A DNA stretch of 63,398 bases, filler included, from Folioceros fuciformis (taxonomy: Eukaryota), in NCBI GenBank assembly GCA_049999805.1. It is 11 parts of 11 records of this genome, joined end to end, with 100 filler letters (N's around TTAATTAATTAA, not from the genome) between each part and the next. Parts side by side here need not be neighbours in the genome. Positions count along the whole stretch, not along the records: positions 24,160 to 31,561 come from JBNGIO010000244.1; positions 31,662 to 32,948 come from JBNGIO010000246.1; positions 33,049 to 37,624 come from JBNGIO010000247.1; positions 37,725 to 39,778 come from JBNGIO010000248.1; 7 more parts are not named here. One strand, given 5' to 3'. The notes beneath the pieces are model-generated. The model made no database searches. It was not told the origin of the DNA and was given only the letters and a program-made list of their open reading frames with translations. A program made the translations under genes and the position numbers. Below are positions 24,160-37,899 of the stretch, one piece after another. Position 1 is the stretch's first letter. Each line of letters begins with the position of its first letter.

Positions 24160-27100
24160 GGCAGAGGGCGAGGCAAGAAGGGCAATCAGAACTCGTCAGA
24201 CCCTTGTCTTCAGTGGCAAGACTGGTTCAATGACTTGGTGGGGCGGGGAGCGTGGGGACATGATGATGATGATGTTGAGTTCGACTGGGAGCAGCTTGTG
24301 AGAGACAGAGATGCAGTGCAGCGTGCAGCTGCGTCGCCGAGACTGGTTTTGCCTCTGCTTCCGTTCCAGGAGGAGTGGCTTGGGTGGAGTCTGAATCAGG
24401 AGAGGTCTGAATGGAAGGGGGGTATACTGGCAGACGAGATGGGGATGGGGAAAACGATCCAAGCTATTTCTCTCATAGTTACCAGTCCAGGAGTGCCCGC
24501 TGCCGCAGCATCGGCAAGCAATGAGTTGCCACATATGAAAGCTACGCTGGTGGTCTTGCCTGTGGTAGCGGTACTACAGTGGCGAAGCGAGATCCAGAAG
24601 TTCACGGATGGGAGTGTGAAGGTTATGGTGTATCATGGAAACAAGCGGGGTGCGACCCTCGCAGAGTTGGCCGGGTATGACGTTGTGCTTACAACTTACA
24701 GCATTGTAGAGAATGAGTTCAGGAGGAATGTGCAACCTCCTAAGGTTGCATGCAAGTGGTGCAAGCGGCAATTTTCAGCGGAGAAGCTGGCAATTCACTG
24801 CCGCTATTTTTGCGGACCGTATGCTAGAAAGACTGAAAAGCAATCTAAGCAAACGAAAAAGCGGAAGCTAGGGGAATGCCCGACTGCAGTGCCTGTATCA
24901 GGCCCTGACGCTGGGATGGAGTATTCAGACGATGACCAGCCGGTGTTGATGGAGAGTAGGGGAGGTTCAATGTCGAAAGGCAAGGGGAAAGTGGTCACTG
25001 ACACATGGAAGATAACGAAAGAAGAGCTGCAGGATTGCCTGGATCAAGTAACTGGGAAAGGGGGTAACACAACTGCACCTGAGAGACCGAAGTCCATGCT
25101 GTTTTCTGTCAAGTGGGCAAGGATTATCTTGGATGAGGTAGTAACCCATGAAATCAAATAGTGCCAACTTCCTTGTGTTTTTCACATTCATGTTTCAGTT
25201 TTTCTCTTGACTTCAAGCCCTTGGTTTCTTCAACAGGCCCATTCCATAAAAGATCGAAGGTGTAACACAGCGAAGGCTGTTTATTCACTTGAGTCAGTGT
25301 ACAAGTGGGCTCTCAGTGGTACCCCGTTGCAAAATCGTGTGGGAGAACTTTATTCATTGGTAAGACGTGAATTCTGTCTGTTAAAGAGTATTCATAGGAC
25401 TGTGTTTGGATTTTTCATAGACTTATTATGCAGTCTCTGTGTTGCAGGTGCGTTATCTGCAGATTTATCCTTTTTCCTACTACTTCTGTTCTAAGTGCGA
25501 CTGTAAATCTCTTGAGCACACGTAAGTGGACGGGCGCTGATCACATCAGACAGACACCTCAAAGCACTGGTCTCTCTCAGATGGATTTTGATGTGAATAT
25601 TTTGCAGGTTCGGTCAGTGTGACAGTTGTAAACACCCTGGTATCAGCCATTTCTGTTGGTGGAACAAGGTAACAGCCTCGTGTAATATGATGTTCAGCTG
25701 ACTCTTTTGGAAATGGTGCAGCTGAGATACGCTTCATGAAGGAGGATCAATTATTGATATCAGGCTTCTTGTTCTCCTTTCCAGTTCATTTCAAATCCAA
25801 TAAAAAAGCATGGTTATGTAGCTGGGGGCCGTAAAGCAATGATGCTACTCAAGAACAAATTGCTGGATAGTGTGCTATTAAGGCGTACCAAGATGGAGCG
25901 AGCAGCTGATCTTGCACTTCCTCCAAGAAAAGTAAGAGTTGAAAGGTGAAGTAGTTGCCTAGTGTTCAGGCCTGTATCTGCTGTGTTTGTGTTCAAGTCT
26001 TACAACTTACTCCCTTTTGCTTGCTTGCAGTCACTCTGTCGAAGGGATAGTTTCGATGTCCGTGAAGCTGACTTTTATCAGGCCCTATACACTCAAAGCC
26101 ACGCCCAATACGATTCGTATGTTGTTTGCCTATTGAGCTACATGTGTTTCAACCACTGTCGCTTGCTGTTTTGTAGCTTCTTAGGGGTAAGATTGTGCAC
26201 TGCATGTCTGCAGGTATGTCAGTGCTGGGACTCTACTGAATAACTATGCCCATATTTTCGATCTTCTGACACGGCTACGGCAGGTGCTTTCAGTTGATTT
26301 TTCAGTTCTTTGACTTTAAGTGCGTCTCAATGGTTTTAGTAGTTCAAAGATTGTTCTCGCCATGGCTGATATTCCGCTTTGCTACGAGCAGGCTGTGAAC
26401 CATCCATATTTGGTGATGTTTTCCGCAACTGCAAATTCTGTGCCAGTCCCACAGGCTACTACATTTGATCGGGTAGTACAGGAACTTGGCGAACACGAGG
26501 CCTCAGGGATGGCATGCGGAATATGTCACGATCCTCCAGAAGACCCAGTGGTATGGGATGTGTCTGGCTGTGTGTTTGCTGAATGTGGGACAGCCCTCCT
26601 GAATCACATAGCACATGTTTTGTGCTGGCTTTTGTCTTTGAACTCGGTTATCTTACTTCTGCATTGCTGGCAACAGGCATCAGAATGCCAGCATGTATTT
26701 TGCAGAGTTTGTATTCAGGGGTATCTGGATGCAGCTCCTCGGTCCAAAGGAACACCACTAGCAGGTTGTCCAACTTGCAATAAGCCACTCACAATTGATC
26801 TCACCAGGGAAGGGGCGAAGCCTGCGGTGTTCAAGAATTCTGGATATAAGCAGAAAAGTATTTTAAGCCGCATTGATCTTAGCAAGTTCCAAAGCAGCAC
26901 CAAGATTGAGGCTCTGGTCGGTTACGCCCTGCAGTTCTGGTAGTATTTCATCGACAGCTGGGATTTTGCAGACTTCTAATTCGTGCTTACATTCTGATTT
27001 CACAGAGGGAGGAGGTAATGTTAATGCTACAACGTGATCCTGCAGCCAAGGCAATTGTCTTCAGCCAGTTCACGTCAATGCTGGACCTTATTGGATATAC

Positions 27101-27927
27101 CTTCGAAAAAGTAAGGTTTAACATTTCTCTCACGAGATGTGGTCAGCCTTGCTGAGGTTCTTGTTGATGCAATACATGTTTACGTGGATGCACCGGTTTG
27201 CAGAAGGGCATCACCTTTGTTAAGCTTGATGGAAGTATGTCTATGACAGCCAGAGATGAAATGATTGATAGATTTACAAACGTTGCAGAATGCAAGGTAT
27301 GGGGCTAACCCTAATTTTCATGTCATTATGTTGGAAATCGCCAGGGTTTTTCTTACGGCTCTCTCTTAGCAGGTCTTTCTCATGAGTTTGAAAGCAGGTG
27401 GAGTGGCACTCAACTTGACGGTTGCCTCACATGTAAGAATCTGTTATTACCTCACCTTGCTCTGGGTTGTCGTTTGATCGGATTTTTGAGTCAGGAAGAA
27501 TCTCGGTTGCCTGCGAAGTGTTGTTGGCACACTTCTCCTGAAGTTGTCGTTTTTTTGTTCCCGTCAACGACATGCGTCATTCTGCCTCAGGTTTTTTTGA
27601 TGGATCCATGGTGGAATCCGGCGGTGGAGCAACAGGCCCAAGATAGAATCCATCGGCTTGGACAGTACAAACCAATCAAAGTAACACGGTTTGTCATTGA
27701 GAACACAATTGAAGAGAGAATTCTTAAGCTACAGGAGAAGAAGCAACTGGTGTTTGAAGGGTATTTTCTCGAGCCCCTCCCTGGCTGCTTCCTCCACTCG
27801 TTTTGGATTTTAGGTCTGTAGCTTTCATGTTAAGTGAAAATTTGTTTCTTGCAGAACGGTTGGAAGATCAAGTGAGGCGTTGGGTAAACTGACACCAGAT
27901 GATTTGCAGTTCCTCTTCACTCAGTGA
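24160..27927 (+). CDS. RAD16: RAD16/Rhp16-like SNF2-family ATP-dependent helicase with RING finger (5' end lost at contig edge; multi-exon)
   Basis: [104 protein letters not shown]...CQHVFCRVC...[56 protein letters not shown]. The last exon ends DDLQFLFTQ* at 27927. Confidence 0.93.
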
Positions 27928-28341
27928 GCGCTTGATTTAGACGTAGCAACTTTCTCCCGCTGTGGGGTCGGTAGATGACTCCAATTTTGCTCGCTTCTCC
28001 GACTGACAGCAGTGTTGTGACGGCTCATGAGTTAGTGACAACTGGGAGAGGTTTGTCCTTTCCGTCTGTCATGCCTTTCCATGTGTTCTCGTTATAGGGA
28101 GAGAGGAATGCCTAATTCAGCCGAAAGTTGAGCTGAGTACCATTAGAACACAGTTTCTTGAATCACGAAGAGAAACATGACATCTTTGCGCCCTGATAGC
28201 TTAAGCCCACTTTTGTCGATAATTCGAGGATGAGGTCCGAGACAGGGTGTTCATTTAATTCAAGCCATAGCACAGCGCGTCCTAGGTCTTGCCATAGGTC
28301 ACTGAAAAAACAAACACTTGAGGTTGAAGTCTTCAATTTTC

Positions 28342-29217
28342 TTAATTGTCGCTGCCTTCACTATCCTCGGACAACATCTCAACATCTGCTTCCTGAGTTA
28401 AGTTTTGGTGCTGAAAGATAACACAATACCGGAGAGCACTGTTAAACTGTCTCGTTCGACGCACATGCAGTGAAGAAAACACAACGCCGTACCTCCTCTG
28501 GCAATTTCTTGCCATCAACCTTTCCGAAATTGACTGCCTGTTGGTCGCTCTCACTGTCCTTGCCGATCCAGTCACCCTCCGGCACGTCTTGCTCGCTTCC
28601 CTGGCCAGGTCCACGAGTCAGCATTGGCACACATGACTCGCCAGATTAGGAAATGGCCGCAACGAAATGTGACAGGAAACTACACATACCGACACTCGTT
28701 CACCTTCCTGAGATTCCAGACCTTCTACAGCACCTCCCTGCTCCTGCTTCTTGAGTCGCGCCGCAGCTTCTGCAGCCCGTCTAAGTGCCTCTTTTCTCCT
28801 TTCCATTACCACAAAGAGCTGCGCTCAGGTGCACAACAGAAACTTGAAAAATCATGCCCAGTCGCACAGTCGGCACTTGCATCTACGGAAAGAAGCAAGA
28901 TTGTGCACAAATACCGGCATGAATTTCACAGGTCGAGCGGCTGCCTCCTCGGCAGTATCCTCTCTTGTCCCTGATAGCCCATACATAGTCCCCTTCAGAT
29001 ACAACGCACCACATTGCCTAACCCTAATTCAGACGCGTACTCTGCTACCTTGGGGTGTCCATCTGTACAGTTGCAAGCGGGTGGACGTGAGAGGCACGGT
29101 GGTAGCTGGAAGGGGCGACCAGGATTTCCGCCAGCGTCGCACCGGACCATTGAAGACCGCAGCCGGCCCATGCCTTGTTGACGACCTGCTTCCCATTCTA
29201 GTTCCTCCTCCATCCAT
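28342..29217 (-). CDS. BCL7-domain homologue (BDH1/BDH2-like SWI/SNF subunit), about 5 exons
   Basis: Spliced: MDGGGTRMGSRSSTRHGPAAVFNGPVRRWRKSW...LQLYRWTP | GTREDTAEEAAARPVKFMP | LFVVMERRKE... then an acidic tail ending SEGSDN*. Fits the plant BCL7 pattern RxGRxSxRxG...VFxGxVRKWKKxW...LxKWTP...FxP. Confidence 0.78.
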
Positions 29218-29602
29218 GGTGAAAAACGGCCTCCCGCCACTACCCGCTACTTGGCAGACAGGACTGCAGCCAATCAGCTCCTGCAAGGAGCACGCTCAAG
29301 GACTACTCCACGTCACCGCCCAATAGAAACAGAAGAGTCTCGAACCCCACAAGCTGTGAAATCGATTTCCATCGTTTGTGACATACCAACAGGTTGCCAA
29401 CCACGGCAAACTTGAAATCTGGTCAGATGTAGCACAAACTCTTTGCACAATCAATCCGTGGCACAAGCCCGGCCTTCACCACACCGCGTCGTTCAGCCTA
29501 CTCTCGCTAAGGCCGAAGAATTAAAGTACACTTAAAACGCCGAAACAGTGGAAGTGTTCGATGTGTCGTCCCTGTCCGCAATCAAGCCCCGGGCATGGAC
29601 GG

Positions 29603-30025
29603 TCAGGAGCCGGATTGGACGCACAGAAAGACCCCGGCCGTGGTAAGCGCGATCCCGAGGCCCGTGTAGAAGGTGTCCACCGGCTCGCCTAGCCCGGCGC
29701 CCGTGACGGCGGTCACCACGAAGGTGATAGCGTTGGTGACCGGCACTGCCAAGCTGAGCGGCGCATCCTTGAGCTTGAGGAAGAAGAAGGAGGAGACGGA
29801 GATGTTGATCACGAACGGCAACGAGTACTCCCACACCAGCAGCAACGTGAGCCAATCGTGCAGCAACGGCAAGCGCTTCCGCAGCCCTCCGCCCGCAGTC
29901 GTCTGGAGCGGGCCCTTCTCTTGCTCCCGACGCCGCGCCTGCGCCGCCGCTGCACCCTGCTTCATCAACGCATTTGTGATCCCCCACACGATGCCTATTA
30001 GCAGCTGCCACAGCACCACTGTCAT
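29603..30025 (-). CDS. TMEM234-like small membrane protein (EamA-like), intronless
   Basis: LLIGIVWGITNALMKQG, WEYSLPFVINISVS, PLSLAVPVTNAITFVVTAVTG and GIALTTAGVFLC are typical TMEM234 motifs; ATG at 30025. Confidence 0.85.
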   Translation of the reverse strand: MTVVLWQLLIGIVWGITNALMKQGAAAAQARRREQEKGPLQTTAGGGLRKRLPLLHDWLTLLLVWEYSLPFVINISVSSFFFLKLKDAPLSLAVPVTNAITFVVTAVTGAGLGEPVDTFYTGLGIALTTAGVFLCVQSGS

Positions 30026-31799
30026 GCTTGCCTGCTTTTGCTGATCGGTTTTCCTTCCCGAATCGCGATTTTGTGTTCTCTGTGGCATACCACAGTGGAC
30101 AGACTTCTCGAATCGCGATTCTCTGTGCCCTCTATGCCGGACAAAGGGGCCGCCTAATTTTTAACTTTTTCGCACTGGTAAATTCTTCTGCTAGCCGCTT
30201 GAAGTTACCAACCGGATCTCGAGCATCCACGGCTCAAAATACAACACTGGCTTTTTTTCGAAGCAAGGCAGCTAGGTGTACCAGGCCGAGCCCTGAAGCC
30301 TTGCTTACCTTCCACACTATCTCACTTACATTTAGAAGATGGTCATAAGTCCGTGTGTCCTTGTGCATAAAGTAATTTTTAAACTATCATTTAACTCTAG
30401 AAAGATGTTAGAAAAATAAGTTAGTTTGCTTAGACACAAGAGTTGAATAAATCACGCTTAAGCTTGCTTGCAAATGTGTGGCGAGGTTGGAAATATGTAC
30501 TTATGGTCTTGCTTACTTGCAAATGTATACTATCACAATTACATCCCATGTTCATATTTCATATATTTATAACATCCCAAATTTAGTAACATCCAAATTT
30601 ATAGGAGTTTAATGTTTTGTGGCATAACGAAGCCTTTTGTAATTTTTTTGTGAATACATTAAATAAAAATGCATAATTAAATTATAAGAAGAAAAGTAAT
30701 GGAATAGCATTTTGGAGGAGGTTTTGTGTTAGAACCTTCTATGTATTATTTGTAATTAACTTAGTTTATAATAATAATACTAGTTATTATTATTATTATT
30801 TGTAATCATTATTTGAGAATAAGGTAGAAGAGGTCTCGTGTTCAAACCTAGCTAATCCTCATAATCCTTTGAAGTTTTAAAGTTTTTGCATAATATGAAA
30901 AATGAAAATGATGTTGTAAAGAACAATGAAAATAATGTTGTAGAGGACAATACGACAGTTTGTTCATTTCACAACTTGAAATAATCCTCGACATGAAATT
31001 AATAGCTGTAAATAATACTAGAGTGAAAACGATAGAAAGTTCCATAGATAGCTATGCGTTACCTAGGACTCGGGATGAGCAATGTGGGCACTATGTTCCC
31101 CATGACTTAGGGATGAGCACTGCAGACACCATGTTCCTAACACCATGGGAATGGACGTAGCTATGCACACAGCAATCCAGGCTAGGCCTATACCCACGTT
31201 CTGTGTCCATCCTTCAATACATTATGCATCTCTATGCCATGAAATGATATTTGGATTTAAAAAAAAAAAAGATGATGGACAATTTTGCATGTAGGGATGT
31301 AATGTGTAATTTAGCATCTCAATGTGTAATGTACTTTGACTCAATGACATAAGAATGTCTACATCGAATGAGGAGTCATATAGTACATATACAAGAGCCA
31401 CTCCAACCAAGCGGGGAGAGTTGTGAAGGAAGCGCTAGCTTGGATTCACATGAAAGCTAGATGTGGCAATGGGAATGATTATAATTGAATTATATTTACA
31501 TTTCAATCTAAATATCTTTATTATATATATTAGTATATTATGATCTACTTAGTAAATATATNNNNNNNNNNNNNNNNNNNNNNNNNNNNNNNNNNNNNNN
31601 NNNNNTTAATTAATTAANNNNNNNNNNNNNNNNNNNNNNNNNNNNNNNNNNNNNNNNNNNNATTCCGTTAGGGTTTATGTCTTATAAACGTATTAGCAGG
31701 TAGAGTTAAGATTTTAGTGTCGCTTAGTTGAAGAGACATGACTTTTGGTATATGTGGTATATACATGACATTTTTTGGAATATATTATCAATGTAATTT

Positions 31800-32948
31800 T
31801 ACAGTACTCAATACCTTCCCCTTTTGCATATTGAAACGTTGAAGCACCTTGTTAATGTATTAAGTTTGAGATAAGTTCAGCAAATGCTTCTATCTGTCTC
31901 GACAAATACGCATGCCAAGAGTATGGCTTGCCTCTTCCAAGTCTATCATATTAAAGCGAGCATTCAACTTTGACTTTAACGCTGAAATCTCATCACTCTT
32001 AGTCCCAACAATTAGCGTATCATCCACATAAAGGACTAGAATGAGCAACCTTCCATCCTTAGCTTGCTTCGTATAAAGGCAATGATTCTCATCGCTACGT
32101 TTGTAGGCTTGAGAAGGCATAAATGAGTGGAACTTAAAATACCACTCCTTGGGTGCCCACTTCAAACCATAAAGGCTCTTCTTTAACCTACACACCAGAT
32201 TCTCTTTGCCCTTCTCAATGAAACCCTCTGGTTGCTGCATGTATACCTCTTCCTGGAGATCACCATGCAGAAATGCCGACTTGACATCCATCTGGACAAG
32301 TTCCATGTTGTTCCTCGCAACAAGAGCAAGAACACATCGCAAGGTGGTCATTTTGACAACTGGTGAGAAAATCTTATCAAAGTCAATACCTTGTTGTTGC
32401 TTAAAACCCTTAGCAACCAATCTCGCCTTGTACTGGGGTTTGCCATAATGGGGTATGTCCTTCATCTCATACACCCATTTGCATGGCAACGCCTTCTTGC
32501 CCCTAGGCAACCGAACCAACTCTCAAGTTTGGTTCTTATGAAGCGAATGCATCTACGATTGCATCGCCTTCTCCCACTTATCCTTGTCAGTCACTAACAT
32601 GGCCTCTTGATAAGAAGAGGGCTCCCCACAATCTGTTAGCATGACATAATCAAGAGATGCAACATACCTGTTAGGAGGCCGTGAGATCCTTCCTGACCTA
32701 CGAAGCACTGGCGCCTCGACTGGAGCTGGTTGCACTCTCTCCTCTTCTACAAGTGGAGCAACTTGTTCCTACATATCACGACGTTCAACCTGCGCTGGAC
32801 GGTCAAATCCATCTTCTTGAAAGACCACCCGTCGCACCTCCATAGTTGGAGTAGGCTTCTTGTGCATCTTGGTCTCATTGAAGAACGCATCATTGCTGCG
32901 AAATATTTTCTTGGCCTTTGGATCCTATAGATGGTATCCCATCTCACC
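31800..32948 (-). mobile_element. Copia retrotransposon fragment (integrase tail and RT)
   Basis: LRRSGRISRPP...EPSSYQEAM, ALPCKWVY, YKARLVAKGFKQ, QMDVKSAFLHG, LKKSLYGLK, LVLYVDD. Confidence 0.92.
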
Positions 32949-33048
32949 NNNNNNNNNNNNNNNNNNNNNNNNNNNNNNNNNNNNNNNNNNNNTTAATTAA
33001 TTAANNNNNNNNNNNNNNNNNNNNNNNNNNNNNNNNNNNNNNNNNNNN

Positions 33049-36000
33049 TGCCTTCCATGTGGTTGTAGTGTTTGTATTTAGGCTGTCCTTTCGTAAGGAT
33101 GTCAGCCGTGTTTTCATCTGTCTGTACATATTCCAATTTGAGAACACCTCCGTGGACCACGTCTCAGATGTAATGATGTTGCACTTCAATATGCTTAGTG
33201 CGGGCATAAAACTTGGAACTTTCGGCTAATTCTAGGGCTGTAGTGTTATCGTAGAGAACAAGAGTGGGCTTTTCTTGTGGCTGGCCCAAGTCCTTGAGGA
33301 AACTGCGTTCCCATTCAACCTCTTTTGCTGCCTCAGTTAGGGACTTGTATTCAGCCTCGGATGAGCTAAGGGCGACATATGCCTGCTTTTTGCAGCTCTA
33401 GGTAACGGCTGCTATGCCAAGCAATTAGCAATATGTGGAGAGGCTCTTTTGCCCATTGGAGTCTGAAGCCCAATCGGCGTTAGTGAAGCCCCTCAAGATA
33501 AGCTCCTTCTGCCCTGTGCTCTTGTACATAAGCCCGTATTTGTGTGTACCTTTGAAATAGCGAAATATTCTCTTAACAGCCACCAAGTGCACCTTGGCAG
33601 GGTTCTCTAGAAACTACAAAACTGTACTTACAACGTACTGTATGTCAGGTTGTGTCTAATTGGCGACAAATATCAAAGACCCAACAACATGCTTGTAAGG
33701 TATATCTTGCATGTCCAGTTTTTCTGCTTGCGACTAAGGGCATTGGTATTTATCACATTCGTCCCTACAGCATAGGGTGTAGTAGCTAGCCTAGCTTCAG
33801 CTAGGTTAAACTTCCTGAGAATTTTGTTGATATACTTGTACTAGTGAATGAATAACAAGCCTTCTGCCCTTACACGGAGGAATTGGATTCCTAAGCAAAA
33901 TTTAAGCTCCCTTATGTCTTTCATGTTGAATTTGCTACTAAGTTTGTCTTTTACAAATGCTAACAGCCCTTGGTCGTTTGTGGCAAATATTACATCATCC
34001 ACATAAAGCTCCAAGATGACGATGGATGCTCCTTGTGTGAGCTTGTACACATTATTGTCGGCTGCATTCTGGACAAAGTTAATGCTGAGCAGGTATAAGT
34101 GCATTGTTATGTACCAAACGCGCCCACTTTGCTTTAGGCCGTAGATACATTTCAGGAGCTTTAACACTTTGTCCGGATGCTGCTTGTCCTCATATGCTTC
34201 ATGCTGCAACATGTACAGCTCTTCTTTGAGAGAACCATACAAGAATGCAGTGCATACATCCATTTGCTGTAAATCCAGGTCGAACTCAGCAGCATAGGCA
34301 AGAAGGATTCTTATTGACTGTGTGCGAACGACGGCCAAGAAGGTCTCTTGATAGTCAAGGCCTTCCACTTGGGTAAACCCACGAGCCTAGCCTTATACGT
34401 GGTTACCTGTCCGTGTGCATTTAGCTTTATTTTCAAAACCCACTTACAGCTTATTGCCTTTCTTCCAGGTGGCAGGTCTGCAGGCACCCAGGTCTTATTC
34501 GTAATGAAGGACTGGTACTCGTCCTCCACTGCAGCCTTCCACTGTACGTGCTGAGGACCACTAAAGGCCTGCTGTAAAGTGGTGGGCTCTTCTTGAAGAT
34601 CGGGGTTAGCAGTAGTAGTCATTGCAGCAGTTCGGGAAAAGGAGGTGGATCGAAAATCAATGGATTGGGAGCGAGGTTCTGCCCACTGGTCTGGGGGTGG
34701 TCGATGTCGAGTAGAACGGCGAGGCCCTTGATCCACAACAGGTGGAAGCTACTCATCGGGTTCTTGCTCAACAAGCTCGTGCTGTACAGGCTTACCAACA
34801 TAAAGGTCCAGATCATTGGCATCATCTACGAGTGTGTGTTCGTCATGATCCAAAAGAATAGTTGGCTGGTTAGTGGCAACTGGCTGGGCATCAACAACAT
34901 CAGGTTCAAGATCAAGGGCATCTTGAATAGGTGCATCTTCAACATCAGGATCCTCCACTGTGCCAAGATCATCAACAAGATCAACATGAACAGGATCCTC
35001 GTCATCCAGCGGGTAGGAAGTTGCTCCCTCTGTCTCCAGAAAAGCAGCATCATCAGGGTCAGGCTTAGGGTTCTGTTCGTCACTAATAGATGTGGCATTG
35101 GCAGGTGCAGGAGCATGAGGCTCGAGGGAAGTAACGCTACGAGCAAGTATCATGTCCTTGGTCCTTGAATTGTAAAGTTTGTATGCCTTTGAACGCTCAC
35201 TGTAGCCAACAAACAGAAGTCCCTATGCTCTAGGATCTAGCTTTCGTCGTTTCTCAATAGGTATGTAGGCAAAAGCTCATGATCCGAATACCCTTAGATG
35301 CAGGAGACTTGGTTTCTTATGCCAGAAAACCTCATATGGTGTTTTAGAGGGAACAAAACTTGTCAGCACTCTATTCAAAATATAAGTTGCTGTCACAGTG
35401 GCTTCAACTCAGTATCCTTTCGGCAGACCTGCCCAGATAAGCATGGATCTTGTCATTCCAAGCAAGGATTGATTTTTGTGTTCTAACACACCGTTTTGCT
35501 GGGGTGTGTAGGGCACGATGAGCTACCTCGCTATGCCATGTTCCTGGAGTAGACTGTCAAACTCGGCGTTGACAAATTCAGTACCATTATCCATTCTCAA
35601 TGTCTTCAATAGTATGCCATATTGTCTTTGTGCTGTATGAAGCCATTCTTTGAAGAACTCAATAGTATCACTCTTAAGACACATAGGAAAAGTCCAAGTA
35701 TACCTACTATAGTCGTCTGTAAGGGTGAAGAAATATTAAGAGCCTCCCAACGATGGGGTATGTATCTTTCTAAATATATCCGCATGTACTAACTCAAGGA
35801 CTTGCCTGGCTCTCTGTGCAGGAGCAGTGGGGAAAGCTGATTCCTTTTGTTTTGCCAATGTACAAGACTCACAGACAAGTAAGTTCTTGAAACACTTTGG
35901 CAATGGTTCCCTATGGCATTCTGTAATAGACATGTCCACTAACTTGGATCTGTTGATGTGGCCTAGCCTAGCATGCTACAAGACTGCCTCCTGCTCAGCA

Positions 36001-36310
36001 GTGAGCAAGGCTGAGGTCGTAGAGTGTACAACATGCTGACCTATGCCCTTTTTCGTACAAGTAATGTCCAAGCGGTACAAGGAATGTTCAGGGATTCCTC
36101 TAAAGACACATCTGCGAGGTGATATGACTCTGTAAAATGAGCAATGCTCAGAATCTGCATGCATAATGAAGGTGTGTAGGTGCATGAGCTGACTCATAGA
36201 CATGAGGTTCTTAGTCATGCTAGGGACGAAGAGAACATCTTCGAGAGTGAGGTCTGTGTTATCTTTTAGCCCGAAAACACACATACGCCTGCCTTCTATA
36301 TGCAAGTCAG
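33049..36310 (-). mobile_element. Degenerate Copia internal region (protease C-terminus, integrase, acidic linker, RT, RNaseH)
   Basis: LEDVLFVPSMTKNLMS, LELVHADI, LRMDNGTEF, EEPTTLQQA...AISCKWVLKIK...YKARLV, QMDVCTAFLYG, IYGLKQSGR, LYVDD, ALSSSEAEY; many stops and frameshifts. Confidence 0.93.
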
Positions 36311-37899
36311 TGGGATAGGGATACTCTTGCAAGCAAGTATTTTGCCACTCAGTGGTGAGTGGGCAAGCTGTGTAGAGGCCTCCAAACCGTGTTCAGTTGC
36401 AGGAGATGCAGTCGGAAGGGGAGGCGGGCAGTAGTGTGGAGTCAGATCGGCCCAAGAGGTGCACCCCGAAGCGGCAAGACGGAGGATAGCTAGTGGGGCA
36501 ACTGAGCACGAGGCCATTGTAAGAGAAGTAATGCGAGGGCTGCAGTCCATGAAGGATGTTGTGGAGAGCTTGCAAGGTGGGTTGCAGGTGGGGCTGGATT
36601 CCCTAAAGGGGAGCGTGCAGTTTGGACTAGGGAACTTGAAGGAGAGGTTACGGCAAGTCACAAGAAAGGTGGAGGATGTGAAGTATGTCGAGGAGTTGCT
36701 AGAGTAGGCTAGGCATAGGATATGTGAGGGAGGGCCAGTATAGGCTAGGTAGGCTATGCTAAGGAGAGGGTGTGAGGACTGTGCACTAGATGCTGAGGGA
36801 GGAAGACACTTTTTTTGCTACAGTGGTGCTTGCCTTCTTTTTTGTGGTGAAACCCTACATCTCGGAGATTGTGTTGTGGTATTTGCTTAGCCTGTGTGTA
36901 GGGTGGATTGTTTGCAAGACCCGCGTAGCGATTGCTGGAGGATAGGATTGTTGTTTGGGCTACGTTTATGGTGGATGCAAGTTGTTTTCCAAAGCAAATG
37001 AGTAGCGGCGAGGGGTTGGTGAAGTGCCACAGGCCACGAGGGAGTTTGATCATTGGACGCAGGGGCCCTTTGTTGTAGGTAGGATGTTGGATGCATAGTG
37101 TGGCAGGCATCGCACCTAGCGACGATGCCTAGTGCGGCGAGCTCGAAGAAGAGTGGTTGCGCATCTAGGAAGCATGTTGAGGCTGATCCTGGTGCCATGA
37201 AGCAAGGCTCTGATGGCAGGGCATTTATGCATTGTGGGTTTGCAATTCTGTTACCCATTGATGAATGGTTTCCGATGGAATTTTGCGTTATGTGTGTGGA
37301 GCTAACCTTGAGACGTTTTGCAAAGTAGTGCCAAGCTGCAGTGCCAGTGCTGTCTTGGTTGCTACAACTGATATGCATGATTGTGAAGGCGACACTATAG
37401 TGAAACCCAAAGTAGGTAGGTCTTGACACTTTGTGGTCACATTGGGAATGGGATGGTGCAGCTCGTGCAGTCTCACCTCTCATTTGTTGCTGTAGGCATG
37501 GTTGAAGAAGATAAAACGGGCAAAAGAAATGCCAAGGACAAAGACAGTACTGACGGCAACGAGTAATGGCTGGTTTCTGTGACATGAATGGGAAAACCTT
37601 TGCCTGCAGGCCTACTCAGTTCAGNNNNNNNNNNNNNNNNNNNNNNNNNNNNNNNNNNNNNNNNNNNNTTAATTAATTAANNNNNNNNNNNNNNNNNNNN
37701 NNNNNNNNNNNNNNNNNNNNNNNNCAAGGGCCAAGGAGCCTTTTGGGTATAAATACCCGAGTATTATTTCCATACTAAGCCGCTTCACTCGCATCTTCAC
37801 AAAAAAAAACACTACCTGTTCATTCTGTTCTTCAATATGGGAGTCCTGAAAGGTTTTTTCCTCTACAGGTTTCGAGCCTCTTATTGCATATTGGAATGT

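Noticed and set aside
31405..31561. PPT-like GGGGAGAG followed by TTGTGAAGG as a Copia 3' LTR start
   Set aside because: Plausible, but no recognisable RNaseH upstream and the contig ends after about 140 bp, so it cannot be supported.
34749..35153. Acidic 134-aa ORF as an independent gene
   Set aside because: It lies between integrase and RT of the Copia on the same strand and is the variable linker of pol.
36310..37624. Coiled-coil ORF 36459-36707 and 232-aa ORF 36887-37585 as genes
   Set aside because: No recognisable domain; they lie in TE-rich sequence replacing the Copia 5' region and are probably another decayed repeat.
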